Assembly: GCA_000934665.2 (NCBI GenBank)
Contig: KZ538719.1
Span: 1 to 51,973, forward strand
Origin: Catajapyx aquilonaris
Lineage: Eukaryota
DNA length: 51,973 nucleotides
Reading direction: 5' to 3'
Position numbers and translations under genes: made by a program. This document shows positions 11,001 through 23,400 of the stretch, in pieces (position 1 is the stretch's first letter; every line of letters starts with the position of its first letter). Below the pieces are notes generated by a model. The model had not been told where the DNA came from. It saw only the letters and a list, made by a program, of their open reading frames with translations, and did no database searches.

Positions 11001-14000
11001 TGGAGGGTGATTGAATTTATTTTTACTCCGGGTCTGCATGGCGGGGGCAGTCACCTTGCGGTTACCAAATGCAAGGCGGGTGGATTTATTAGCAGTGGGC
11101 AAACACCGATATCTGCACTCCACAGAATTTTTTTTTACGATGGCAAAATCTGGGCTGCCCGCAGGAACCACGCGCGGCAATCGATTCTTTTCTATCAGTA
11201 GCATCTACACGTCCGTCTCCAGCATGCGTTTGTGAAAAGCCGTGACAAGTCCGATAGGCCTATCTCATTCCCATCCGCTACATTGCCGAGCTGTGATGGG
11301 ATGACAGGCTTCATTTTTTCAACCTGCTTTTTATCGCAGGTATATATATTTAAAAAAAGGTGGTGGGGTGAGGGGTGGGTTCTGTAGAAAAATATCGAAC
11401 TGAAGGGAGTGTGTGTGCTAAACTGGTATTTTGGCGGAATCGCGAGGACCCAAGCCACCGTGACGTCAAACCACAATCGCATTTGGAGGGGGACCAGCTT
11501 ACAAACTGAATTGGAAATCGGAGCCTGGTTGCAGCCTGCGCCTCGCTTCCCCGAATAAAAGTCGCCGTGTTAGAAAAATAAATAAAAAATCAACTCCCCC
11601 AGCCTCCCCCTGCAATCTAATTCACACCTGGACACGACGCTCGTTTCGCCGCGACTAAATATACGCGACTTTTTTTTCGTCGGGGTTATACCCCGTACGA
11701 ACGCATCGCCACGACCGCAATATTTATCGTAAAAGCATATAGGCGCTTCCTAGTGGCAATATCGGAGCAAGCGGCCATCTTGGAATTTATTTAGTGGTCG
11801 TGACCTCAGTTGCACTTTTTTTTTTTTGCTAGTGTGTGGGGGAAGGTGCAGTATATAGTTGAAGCAAGTTCGGAAAGAAAAGCAGCGGGAAGTCCCTTCA
11901 AACAAATGGTCCTGCAAGACCAAGTTGTCCGCCTGCAGCTTCGAGCAGGAATGTAATAACAAATCGATGCAGCGAGTGGCCAACTATATTTGAGCTGTCT
12001 GCCAGCGGCTAAGAATGGTGTGCAAAAAGAGCTGGGGCATGTGTAGTGTAGCTCGCATATATAACGGTGTATAGAGAGAGAGAGACTGAAGCATTGTCAT
12101 GGTCGATAAGCGGAAGCCCGGGCTGTTAATGATGTTATTCATAGGCTCTAAATTGTCAAATTAATTTTGATTCTGTTATCTATGCTAATGAAATCGCCAA
12201 CAATGCTAATAACAATTGATGCTGTCACCGTTATTATTATGGGGAGGGACGAAATTGGAGGCATATGCAATAATTTCGGTTTGATGCTGAAATTACGCCA
12301 GTCGCGTGCAAAGGAACCCCAATGATTCTGGCTGTCTAACTGAACCATACGATCGCTTTATGTTATGATGCATTGCCTCACTAATAGGCCCGAATTGGTA
12401 GAGAAAGGCTATATATATCTCAGGATAGGTTTTAACAGCACCATATGGGACCTATACCAGTTGGTTTACACATATGTACACAAACCGGTATTTTTTTTCA
12501 TCGAGTGTAATTATGCAGAGTGCGAGTACATTATTCATTAGTTGACAGTCAGAAGTGCGTAAAATTGAATCGGTTGTCATGACAGCTCCTTTGCTTCGAT
12601 GCTCCACAACAGAATCAGTCCAAAGCAATATTCTGGAACTGAAGTAGCGTGTAATGCAAGTATTGAGTCCACACCGCTGTACAAGTTTTAACTACTGCCC
12701 GTTCTTTAAACCGTGTTTGAATTTGTAATATGCTTCACTTCCACCACCACAAAAGAAAAGGTCGAAGAAAATGCTCTTATGCCACGCATTTCACCACCGA
12801 TGAGGCCAGCTCACCTGTGAAACATGCCTCGTAGTAATCGGCAAATTCGCGCCATGCCGCATCGACTTAATCCTATTTAACGGTGAAAAGGCATATTCTA
12901 CGAACCGCGTTTACGCCTCAATTATTCTAATATGTAACGTGAGCGTCAGATTTTGCCATCTGCCCACAGAGCCTGCATGTTTTGAACTTGCATTTACGGG
13001 AAGTATAGTTGTGCGGAAAATTACAGGGAGAAACTTCCCCATTTATATAATGCTTGAAACCCCCCCTGTGATGTGCTCGAGTATTATTCGAGAAACTCGG
13101 AATGCCATACACAAGCAAAGCCTCCTCGTCAACTCGTACAACTTATCCTGAAATCTCTTCTGGTAGGAAAGCAAGAGAATGAAAAAAAATGAGCACCTGA
13201 AGTTGTCGAGTGCTGAGTGGTGGTGGCGCCTTCTGGGGCCTACCACCCACCCAGCACCAAGCCCCCCCTTTTCCTCCCCACCCAGCTTTAATTACGAAGG
13301 GCCCCCGAGCGGCGAAGCAGGGTCCTAAATGAAATCTTGTTCCGACCTGCTCTCCATATCCTCTAAGCTTCTTCCTAATGGCCCGTTCGTTCCTAATTCT
13401 GGGCCAGAAAGGGAAGCTTGCGAGGTTTCTGCTTGTGCTGCTGCTGGCTGCTCCATGACTCAGCCAGTCTCGCCCAACGCTCCACTTAATAACATTCTAA
13501 TTATCCTATTCATTCCAGCCCGCACCCTTGGGCATCTAGCTTTTCCACCTTATTTTTTTACCTCCTTGCTTCAAACCCAATCAAAAAAAATATAACTTTG
13601 AAGACGAAATGTGCTTATGGTAGGTTCATCCTGACATGTAGGCAACTTGGATGGCATGTAACCAGGTTGCATAGATTCAAGGGGTAAAAGTTTTTCCCAT
13701 GAGCAACTGCACAGTAGAATAGTGAGATGAGCATACCAACAACAGAATGTCGGGAAAAGGCTTGCAGATAAGACATTTAGCGGCAGGGGGCTGCTCGAAA
13801 TTTTTGGCCATAATTTATATAGTGAGAGGGGGGCGCCTTGGTGGGTCATCCATCATTTTCTGGGAGGGGGGGAGAGTCTTGATGAGGTACCGTCAGAAAG
13901 TGGGGAGGGAGAAAAAGGCCCCCCCCCCCCTCCTTCCAGTGGTGCCTGCCAACTCTTTGCTGCGCCTGACCCGTTTCCATGCTGCCGCATAAATCTTACC

Positions 14001-16076
14001 TTTGACTCCCAGATACTGCAGCACTTTTTAGGTTCTGCGGTCAGCTCACGCGATCCAGCTAAATCATTAAGAGGTCATTTTTTTTCATCGGATCGGCCTT
14101 GACCTGGTGCTGTAGATCGAAATTCTACCCCCATTTTTATACCCGAAGCTTTTTCATTATCGAGTCAGTGAACTCGACAGATAAATAAAGTCAGGAGTCG
14201 TTGTTCAAAGGCTTTTGGTAAGGTGAGATGTGAGGTGGAGTAGAGGGGGGACGTTGAAGGATTGGCAGACGAAGAGGATTATTGCTCCACGTTCCTGGAA
14301 TTCCGGGATTTGGTTTGTGGTTTCGCCGGATGCGAGGAAGCAGCTCGAGTTCCGTTCCTGAAGATGAAGCTTGGCTTGAAAGTCACGAGCTCGTAATTTT
14401 TAAGGAGGAAAAAAAAGTGGTGAACACAAGACGTAGCAATCAGACTCCGTTGAAAATTTTTGTGGTTCCTATCTGCCCTCCAGGGCTTCTTCGTATGAGG
14501 GCCCCCCCATAAATATCCAAATAAAAGGACGGCTTCCGTATTCGCGGTGACACCGCCTGGAAGAGGTGTGGGCGCCATGGAGCGTGCTTTTGCGGCCGGG
14601 ACTGATTTAAAGCGAGAAGAGCTCTTTAGCGCAAAACGCACCAAAATTTTGCATGGTACCCCCTCCCCATCCCGGAAACTCTGTGAACGTTGCTCTCGCA
14701 CCCTACAGTAATCTAGATGCATGAGATCGGATTAGTGGGCGGAGGAGCTAAATTATAGAGAGGCGCGGGGCAATAATATGGGATCAACCTGGCTTGTTTA
14801 TGTTAATGAGACGCTTCGATATTCCCCAGCTACTTCCTTTGCAAACCTAGGGATTGTGTTGGCGCCGCTGTTTTATTACTCAAGATGGTGCTTGCTAGGA
14901 ATTACGTCACAGTGCAAAGAGTGTCGGTGGGTAGATACTCGCAACTGGTGATTAATAGTGACGTTGTTACTGCAGCCCGGGAATTAATGGAGGAAAATTT
15001 TCAGACGCGAGTATGTGTCACGATTTATCATCATTTTACTAGAAAATCAGTCATGGAAGATTAAAACTTTAGTGCTTCTGAATGGTCCAAGGGGTAATTT
15101 ATTACCGGGGGATGAATCTGGAAACACTCTTTAAGGAGAAGAATCCTTTCGCAGCACTTTTGGGGAGTGTTCGAAGGACAGACAGTTTCTGGAAAAGGAA
15201 GGGCAACTTTTCCTCTAGTCGATAATCAATTAATCCACGCCAAGTAGGGATAGGAGGAGAGAGTGAAGCCTTTCGGCCACTCGCATGCAAATATTTCATC
15301 AGTCAGTCTCGCCAGAGAGGAACATTAATAAACTACGCCGCCCGCAGCAATTAGCGACACGGAGAGGCTAATCATGATGTCACACATTGCCTCTGTAGAG
15401 GAAGGTTGAGGTTTCCTCATAGCCCACACTCCCCTCTTTTTTTTGTTATTTATTTATCAGAATTATCTGTCGGAATCGATTTTTAGCAAAGGGACTTGGT
15501 TCATTCATAAGGGGGGTAGACGGTGCTGCAAACAAAAACCTCTTCCTTCGTTGGTTTCATTTTGCGAGCAGCAACTCTTAACGCACTAACCATTAATAGG
15601 AAAGTTCGCGGGGGAATGTTACTTACGGGGTCGTTCCTTGAGGCCAGGACCGAGGATTAGAGAAGTTTCGCAAGTGGAAGGGGGGGGTAAAGATATGCAA
15701 GAAAGGGAAAGAGGGCTTGTATTTTCTCCATTTTCTTGTTTTGGAAGCGGAGCGGTGCGTGCGTGATGGCGGCGGAAGCGTTTAGGGGTCAAAAGTCTGG
15801 TTTTAAGTTGCGGGACCAGAGTCCAGCTAGGTAGAGAGATGGGGAGGGGGGGGGGGGCTATTGATTTTTTTTAAACCTCTGCCTATAAAGCAAGCGAAAC
15901 GACTTAAAAGGACGCCTAACCCGGAGGGAATGGGGAGAGATTGATTCCTGCTCCTCGTGAGTCACGAGAAAAAGACAGCGGACTTTCATGGAAAATGGCT
16001 CGTCGTGAGTCCCTTCCGTTGTTCAATTACATTCCGCTCTCTCATGACTCTTCATAAGACTGTCCATATTCGGGCG

Positions 16077-16148
16077 CAGGGTGTTTCGTAATACCACAGG
16101 TGTACCGGCCGATAAGTCGAGAGAATTGCAAATAGATGACACACCCTG
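16077..16148. mobile_element. Miniature Tc1/mariner-type MITE remnant
   Basis: Perfect terminal inverted 8-mers CAGGGTGT (16077-16084) and ACACCCTG (16141-16148), with TA on the right. The left flank is CG rather than TA. Confidence 0.45.
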
Positions 16149-19100
16149 TACAGTGTACATGCAATAGCGTGCATGTCATGGGGAAGTTCCGCCCGATACA
16201 ACTTGTTCTGTTATGCATTTCCTTGCCTTTCGAGGAACCGATAAGTGAATGTGGAAGTCGAGATATTGATACACATGACGGAAGCCCGACTTTGATGAAC
16301 TAGAATACTATATATCTCTGTTACTGCGTGGGTGCACATATCGATTGTAGATTAGGCGCGCATGTGAAAGAATATGGGCGTTTATTAAGCCCCGATGTCA
16401 TCTGGCATATTGGAAGCGTACACTATGAAATGAGCTGGCTTTCGCGGAGGAAAAAAAAAAATGTTTTTAATGCCCGAGTTTTACGATGGCTGCTCCTTGC
16501 TACGAGCCAACATGGCGCTTTGGCGTCTGCTTGCGCGCTCACCGGCCAAAGACCCGCACAGACCGGTGATGCGAGGCCCGGAGAGTGGGGGAGGTCTAAT
16601 TCAATCTGGATTTTATATCTGAATGCCGCGTTAATTTTGAGTGAAGTGGTCCCCGATAGCGTGAAGCCGGCAGCTTGAATGATATTTCATAATAGTTGTG
16701 CTCAGTGGCTGCGATTTTCGATTAGCAGCCAAGTGGTAAATTATAGAAACTGCGTATCTCTCTAATTAAAACGGGGGAGGAGGGGGGGAAGTGGGAGGCT
16801 CGACAAAGGTATGATTCTGAAGTTAATGAAATGTGGAGGCTGCATGCTGGAGTGCGCGGGGCTAGAAGGGGCCCCAAATGTGGAGGAATCAGATTAAAGC
16901 CGGCCACGTGATAAATTGTTTCCTGCGCTGTAAATGGGCATTTCCAATTGTTTCCAGCTTTCCCAGTTTAACTGCACAATGACTACCGGCTGTTTCCATT
17001 AAATTAATGGTTCGATTATTCAAAGTTCAATTAATGGCAAGAAATCCCAAGTTTTTTGGAGCTGGATTTTTTTCCAGTGCAGTACACGGTTCGGCCGCCG
17101 TTGGTAATGCGGATGAAAGAATAAGCTTTTCTGGACCTCCCGTTGACTGAAATTAACGGAATCGGTCTGTCATACCGAGCTGTAAATATCGGCCATCATA
17201 AAGTGCTGCTCGTTAATGGAAAATGATGAAATAATGGGCGGTGGTTTCAGGGCGCTGACAAATGGCAACGAAATGTGGGAAGTGTGCCTGTCATCATTTT
17301 AAATCGAGGATGACTATGAAACAATTTTTCTCTCCCAAATTACATGGCTGCAGAATTTTTCTGGCTCATTTACTGTGCTCGGATTTACTGATGGAGGGGC
17401 TTGGACCTGCAGCACCAGAGACCCTCCAAAATCCTGCCGCATGGCTTGTGCAAGTCAGCGTTGGGGAGGCCTCCGGTTCTTCCAATCACTCTGGGGCCGC
17501 CTACCTCCTTCATGCCTACCCATCATTCGTTTACTCAGCTCCTTCTTTCTCTCTCTCTCTCTCCTTCCCTACCAGCCTCCGCGCGCTCTCTCAACTTTCA
17601 AAGAAGGAATCTTGAGAGCCCCAGCATGAAAGTTTAATCGGCAAACGCTCAACTTTTCCATCCACTTTTTCCCTCTTTTACCCAGGGATGCTGCTCGTGC
17701 ATGTGTGATGTCGCCTCCCTCATTCTTCTCCCTCGGCAGAAGAAATCATTAGTTTAGGGACATCACTATCGGCAATGTGTTCTGGGTTGGGGGACATGCA
17801 GCAGTAATTTTGGCCAGAATTAGTCAGCAATTTACTCCAAGCTTGCAGCAGCTTTAATATTAAAATTCTTCCAAGTCATCTGATTGGTCCTCCCCACATT
17901 GTTGTTCCTATTGGCCCGTTTTACACATGCGCAGTAGGTGGAGGAACTCAGTTGTTTGCTGGAGGTCGGCGAGTACACATCCCCTCTCCCTTCCCCTCTC
18001 ACGTGGCTGTCTTCTACGTCTGCGCTCTAGAAAAGTGCGAGCGAAACTGAGGGTTTTTCTAGTTTTAAATATGAAATCATGCAAAATTACACTCAACTGT
18101 TGAACTATTGGGTTAAATTGATCCAAAATTTATCAGAAAGCTGGGGGTGTGTATTTGAGCACAATTTGCCAAAAGTTTTCGCGTTAGTGCAAATGGGTGG
18201 GGGGGGGGGGGTGACGGGGCTAGTTCTGTTCACACGCGCGCCGGATTCACTCGGTCTTGTGGATATTAAATTTTGGGGGTGGCAGCAGCAGGGCCGGGTC
18301 CAGAAGGAGATTGATCACGGCATGTGCGTCCCACCGATGCCATCCTCCTTTTCCAAGCGCTGCCACTAATCTTGATTTCCCATTTCCCGTGGGTGTGCGA
18401 GGAATTTTTCCCTTCCCCCTCGGCCCCCATNCCCCCCCCCCCCTCTCCCGCCATCATGCTTGCGACCAGACATATTTCCCTCCATAAATATCACTTAAGG
18501 AAGCGGGACAGAATGAAGAATCTTCATCCTCTTCTTTTCGTCTCTTTGCGGGCAAGTCCGGATGTTTTATTGAGAAGAGTGTCGCGGCTCTTGTCATCCC
18601 TCTTTAGCCTCTTTTCCTTAGGAAGGATGCAGCAGCCAGAGACTAGGATTATTTATTTACTCTCTTAATTTGTCTGGGGAAAGGTTACCTTGCTGATAGG
18701 CCCCTACCTGTACGCGTCTCTGGAAAGATGTGGTCATTGCCTATTTATGAAAACCTGTCTTTTCCGGCGGAAATTATTATCGGTGCTGTGCGTCGTGTTT
18801 TTTTTTTCTGGCGAAAAGAGGAAACTGGTGCTGGGCTTGGCTCATTGATATTCCGGGTATTCGCGCTCCATTTTTCACCCAAATATGTTCAATGTTGGTT
18901 TATCTGCTGCCGGAGTGGCCGGCCGAGTCCATTAATCACAATTTTTCGGGAGGGGGCTCATAGATGGCGGCCTGTAGATAGGCCTGCAACACATGTAATG
19001 ATGGTTCCCAGCATTATCCTGACCATGAATAGCCCTTCATTACGGCTTTGGCTGTTGCTTGCTGAAGAGCACTCCAAAATGGTAATATTCATGAGTGTCG

Positions 19101-20289
19101 GTTTTGCAAATTGCATGTAACGAGCTTGGAGGAACTGGAGCGTTCACGTGGACGAAAGGATAGCCCACCCTCTGAAATAACACGCCTGGAAGGGGGGAAA
19201 ATGTGGCCACGTTTTCCCCCCTTTATTTTTTTTATTTTTTTATTTTGAAAGAGGGTGTGTGTGGGTGGGTGGGGGGCTGCTTGCCAAAAGTACCACCGTC
19301 TTATAGGTACTGATGGAGCCACGGAGCCTGCACCGAACGCGCGGTTAAATAATGGAGTAAATAGGAAACCCGGTTGGCTTTGAATTAAACACGCCAGCGG
19401 GACCCGTGGCTTCTGGCTTTTGGGACACTCTGAAAGGGTTGCCCTTGCACAAGTGCAGCGTTTAAGCCCGTCCCCGTCCCGCTCTGGGAGAGACGTGTAC
19501 GCGCACTGTACAAGTGTCGCGCGTACGGTGCACCAGGACATGGAGCAAGTATCATATGAAACGCCTGACTCTCCGGAAAATCACGTTGGGCTTCCTTTGA
19601 TCGATTCGGGGGTGTAAGGAGCAACATCCTTAGCCTGCTGCTGGAGCGATCCGGGGGATCTTGTTGGGATGGAAGAATACCGGAGAAGGCAGTTATTTCC
19701 TGCAGGCACTTGTCGGATGACCCCGCGACGGAAATGCGGGCCAAACGCATCTTCTCGGGGATTTACATTCCAAACACATCTGGGCCTTAAAAACGGCCTG
19801 GGATGACCCCGACAAATCAAATCCCCCAATTCGAAGGGGGCCGTAAAAGTGTTTTACGTCTGCGATGACTTTTTCTCCCAGTTTGGACTGTAAAACGTGG
19901 CCCCCTTATACGGCGCATGCAAAGTGCAAGACAAGGGGAGACGTGTCCTTCAGGCAGCCTAAAATGTGACCGTTAATAACAATGCTGTGAGGTTACGACT
20001 AGTTTTTTTTCTCTCTTCGGTATGGCACCCCCACGAGGTCTGTGCGTGCATCGGTTTTGCTCTCCCGAAGTCGGTTATGGAATTAATATCGCGTGAGGGT
20101 TTATCAGTAATTCTGTTTATTGCTTAATAACCAGGCAAGCCACGATTTCAAGATATTCACCGTTCTTAAGGTGACAGGAGGTAATACTTGAGAGGCAGGT
20201 CACGCAACAACTGTGGGGGGCTCTGTCCCGTATATATCTTTAGATATGGGTGTACCTCTACTAAAAAAACATGTTCTTGTCCTTCACAG

Positions 20290-20418
20290 GTGGTGGTTGA
20301 AAGCACCAGCTCGGCTTTGGAGTACGGCGACATTCCGGTGGACGAAGGCAGCTCCGTCAATCCAGACCTGCACTTCGACCCGGAACAGATGCATCTTTAT
20401 GTCATGTCCGAACGAAAG
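20290..20418 (+). CDS. PlexA: Plexin A exon, C-terminal end of Sema domain ([43 protein letters not shown])
   Basis: Acceptor ccttcacag|GTG and donor AAG|gtaaga; 129 nt, phase 0-0; HLYVMS motif of the last Sema blade. Confidence 0.93.
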
Positions 20419-23400
20419 GTAAGATTTGCACATCCAACGTCGAGTTTCGCGAATTTCTTGGAAATTTTGGAGCGAGCCGGCAGAAATTATCAGTGTGTAA
20501 CCATCATTTTTGCATCTTCCGCCGACACGTACCACGCATTACCCCAGTTCGGGAAGTGCAAGTGACACTTCATCCCCAGCACAAACCCCCGAGACGGGGG
20601 CCCATTAGACGCCTGCTTGGCCCTCACTTGGTGCAAAGCCATGTCCCATCGATCATCATTTGATTGACAAATGAATGGCTGCTCCGAATAAAAGGTGGAA
20701 GGTATTTGGGCGGCCGGAATGGTCCCGTTTTCAGCCGCCTAAGTGAGCGGAATGGCTCCGGTCCTGCTCCGTTATTCCCGCCTTATTTTATTAATGGTTT
20801 TTCACCCCTCAACCCACCGCCATACTCGAGTAGCTCAATGGCACTGTTTTGCCTTCTAAAAACCGCGTATAAACACTGGAGGGGAAGGAAAATCTGATCC
20901 TGGTCCCGACTATGTTCCGACTACAGATGATGAAACTTTGAGAGTTTGGCGCACTTGTACGCGGTTTGCAAATCACAAGTTTTGGAAAGCTGAAGAAGCT
21001 GTGATGATAATTAAGGAGGAGGGGGAAAAAGAGATTTTGACGATTTCATTCCTTGATTTTGTCGAGTTGGCTGAAAGTCTCGAGGAGAGGATCTTTTTGG
21101 TGTCAGCTCGTGCGAAAAGAGGGCGCGAGTTTATTTGGAGGGGGCGAAAAAGTTTTGCTCCAGAAGCCTCCCCGGGTTTTTTTTTGGGGGGGGGGGGAGG
21201 GGGAAAGCGGGGGACGACTTGCGCCTGGGCAAAATCACCACAGCTGACGACGGAATTTGCTTCATCCAGCCGGAAAATAACCCCCGTGCATTCTGCAGAC
21301 AGCCAAGAAACTGTTCCCGGGCACTTTGATGCCGGCGACGAATGCACATCCAGACCCGGATTTTCGACTCTGGAAAAAAAAGAGTAGAAGAAGAACCTGA
21401 AAAAAAAAAAAACTCCCGAAAAGGCCCGGAGGCTTGCTCCTGCCGCCTCCTTTTCTTTGCTCAGAAAAATGTTCCTTTGAAGTTTCCTTTTGCGTACTCC
21501 TACCCAGCTACTTCTGCTTTTTTTTCCAGGAGGCCAGAGCCGCCAAAAGCGAAAGGGCTGGATTTCTTGGTCATTGTGGTTTGAATCTCAGGCCACCTCC
21601 ATGGGGAAATGGGGAGGAAATCGAAGAGATGCGCTTTTTTGGTCATGTATTGAACCGAGTTGATTTGTGCTTCACAAAGGAAGCCGACTTATGCTGTCTT
21701 ATTAACTGCATGTCCGGATTTTTTTTTTTTTTTTTTGGGGGGGGGGGGGGGGGNGCCCCCCTTTTCGTCCTGTTGGGGAGGCTCTCTCTTTCTGGTAGAG
21801 AAGCTGCATCCTCGCTTCCTTTTCTTTGGGGCTTATTTACCCTTTTGGAGATTGCCCCCAGTTCCTCACAACCAATCAGGAGGTTCTGGAGAGGGTTGCA
21901 GCACTGTCAAGGAGCTTTCTTGAGGAGGGGATAACACACACTTTGCACGAATATTTTTTTCGATCATATTGTGGGGGGGATTCCGCCCGTTTGTTCATCG
22001 ATCCTGCAACGTCGACAATAACATTCACGGGAAATCCATCCCGATTCCCTTCAGGACAGAAAAAAAACAGGGACACAAATATTCCATAACCGGATAGTAA
22101 GCCCCAATGCGCATTTGACAGGCAGGCAATGTTGAGGAGGAAAAAGACGATGGCTTTTAAAAAAGAAGAAGCCTCCGGTTTTTTTGAGGTGGGTGAGCCA
22201 CACCCGAAGCTTAGGTGCAATCTCGTGGGCCTGCGGTGGGCGGGGTCATTCTGGGCTGCTCTTCTTTCTTTTCGTCAGTGTTAATACTGGTTGAGAGACA
22301 GGCTGTAAATTGGCTGTCGAGGTGACGACAGCTCTTCGACCGCCTTTCCCTGTCCGGGGGAAAATTCCCGCTCTCGCCGAATTGTCGAGCAGCCATGTCC
22401 TCTTTTCACACCGCCACGCCAAAAATGGTGGGGGAGATTTTTTTTTTTTTTTTTTTGAGCGAGGCCCGTCGAGCTGGAGCTTTTTATTTTTTTAAAGAAG
22501 GATGGTAGTGCTCTCTCCCGGTGCTTTCAACAGCGAAATGCTGTATCTTATGAATATTACAGGAATCATGGAAAATTTGAAACGAGGTTAGTGCTTCAGC
22601 ATTTTTTTTTTTGTACCGATCGTCGAGTTATGGCCTGCACTTTTTTTAGAGTTAATATTCAGGTGTTTAGGCGGAATGCGCACGTTGTTACAGCAGGGTT
22701 ATTATCTTGATTTGAGCGTGCCACGCAATGGGTCCGTTCGCACTAAATGACAGACATGTGCGGGTATTCCATGGCTAACGAGGGGAAGCCGGAATAATGT
22801 GACTTGGACAGAGTCTATCTAAGCGACACGACTACCGCACCAGGGTCGAATGAAAAATTCAGAAGAGTTTTTTTTTGTGGGTATAGGAGAGAGGGGGTGG
22901 TCTGGCCCCAATTGGAATTTTATTACACGGTTGCTTTCAGCTGGAGGGCGCTGAAGAGAGCTCGAATGAGAGAGGGTTGGAGCCCAGTGCCTTCCCCCCC
23001 ATGTCCCTACTATTCCCTACATTCCGGGAAACCAACGAGTGATCACGTTTATTGGAGATGGGAACTCATCCCCAACCCCACCCACCCACCCACCCAGTCC
23101 ACTTTTACCCAAGCAGATCCGAAGCCCTCTTTTCCGCTTCCCATTTTGTGATCAATGTGGAAGCTGGGTTAGCGTTTAGGGAGAGAATTACGGCGCCGCT
23201 TTTCCGTTAGTTTGCAGAGAAAAATTATCTGAAACGTGCTGCTGGGAACATTTCGGCACGGCTCTGCCTGCCCCCGCCAGTCCCAACTCGGGGGGTGTTG
23301 TCATGAAAATTTCGCAACCTGTTCCAATGACGGACCCCCCTACAGTACCACCCTCTACCCCACTCCGGACCGTAAAACGGTTTATGTCAGCACGGCTGTA

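Larger units (their letters stand above)
1..20289 (+). other. Probable long Plexin A intron (>=20 kb, 5' end outside window)
   Basis: Ends in the acceptor of the first exon found. No plexin-like exon (expected to end ...GxLKK at phase 0) was recognised. The sequence is non-coding, with homopolymer runs and TAAT-rich blocks. Confidence 0.75.

Noticed and set aside
12795..12830. Penelope-type hammerhead-like CCGATGAGGCCAG…GTGAAAC
   Set aside because: The core is CCGATGA rather than CTGATGA, stem II is incomplete, and stems I and III are not evident.
277..20000. Dozens of 60-160 aa ORFs in the first 20 kb, and similar ones in later introns and the UTR
   Set aside because: No recognisable domains, low-complexity translations of homopolymer runs (PPPP, GGGG, KKK, FFF), many non-ATG starts, and overlap on both strands. 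This is random-ORF behaviour.
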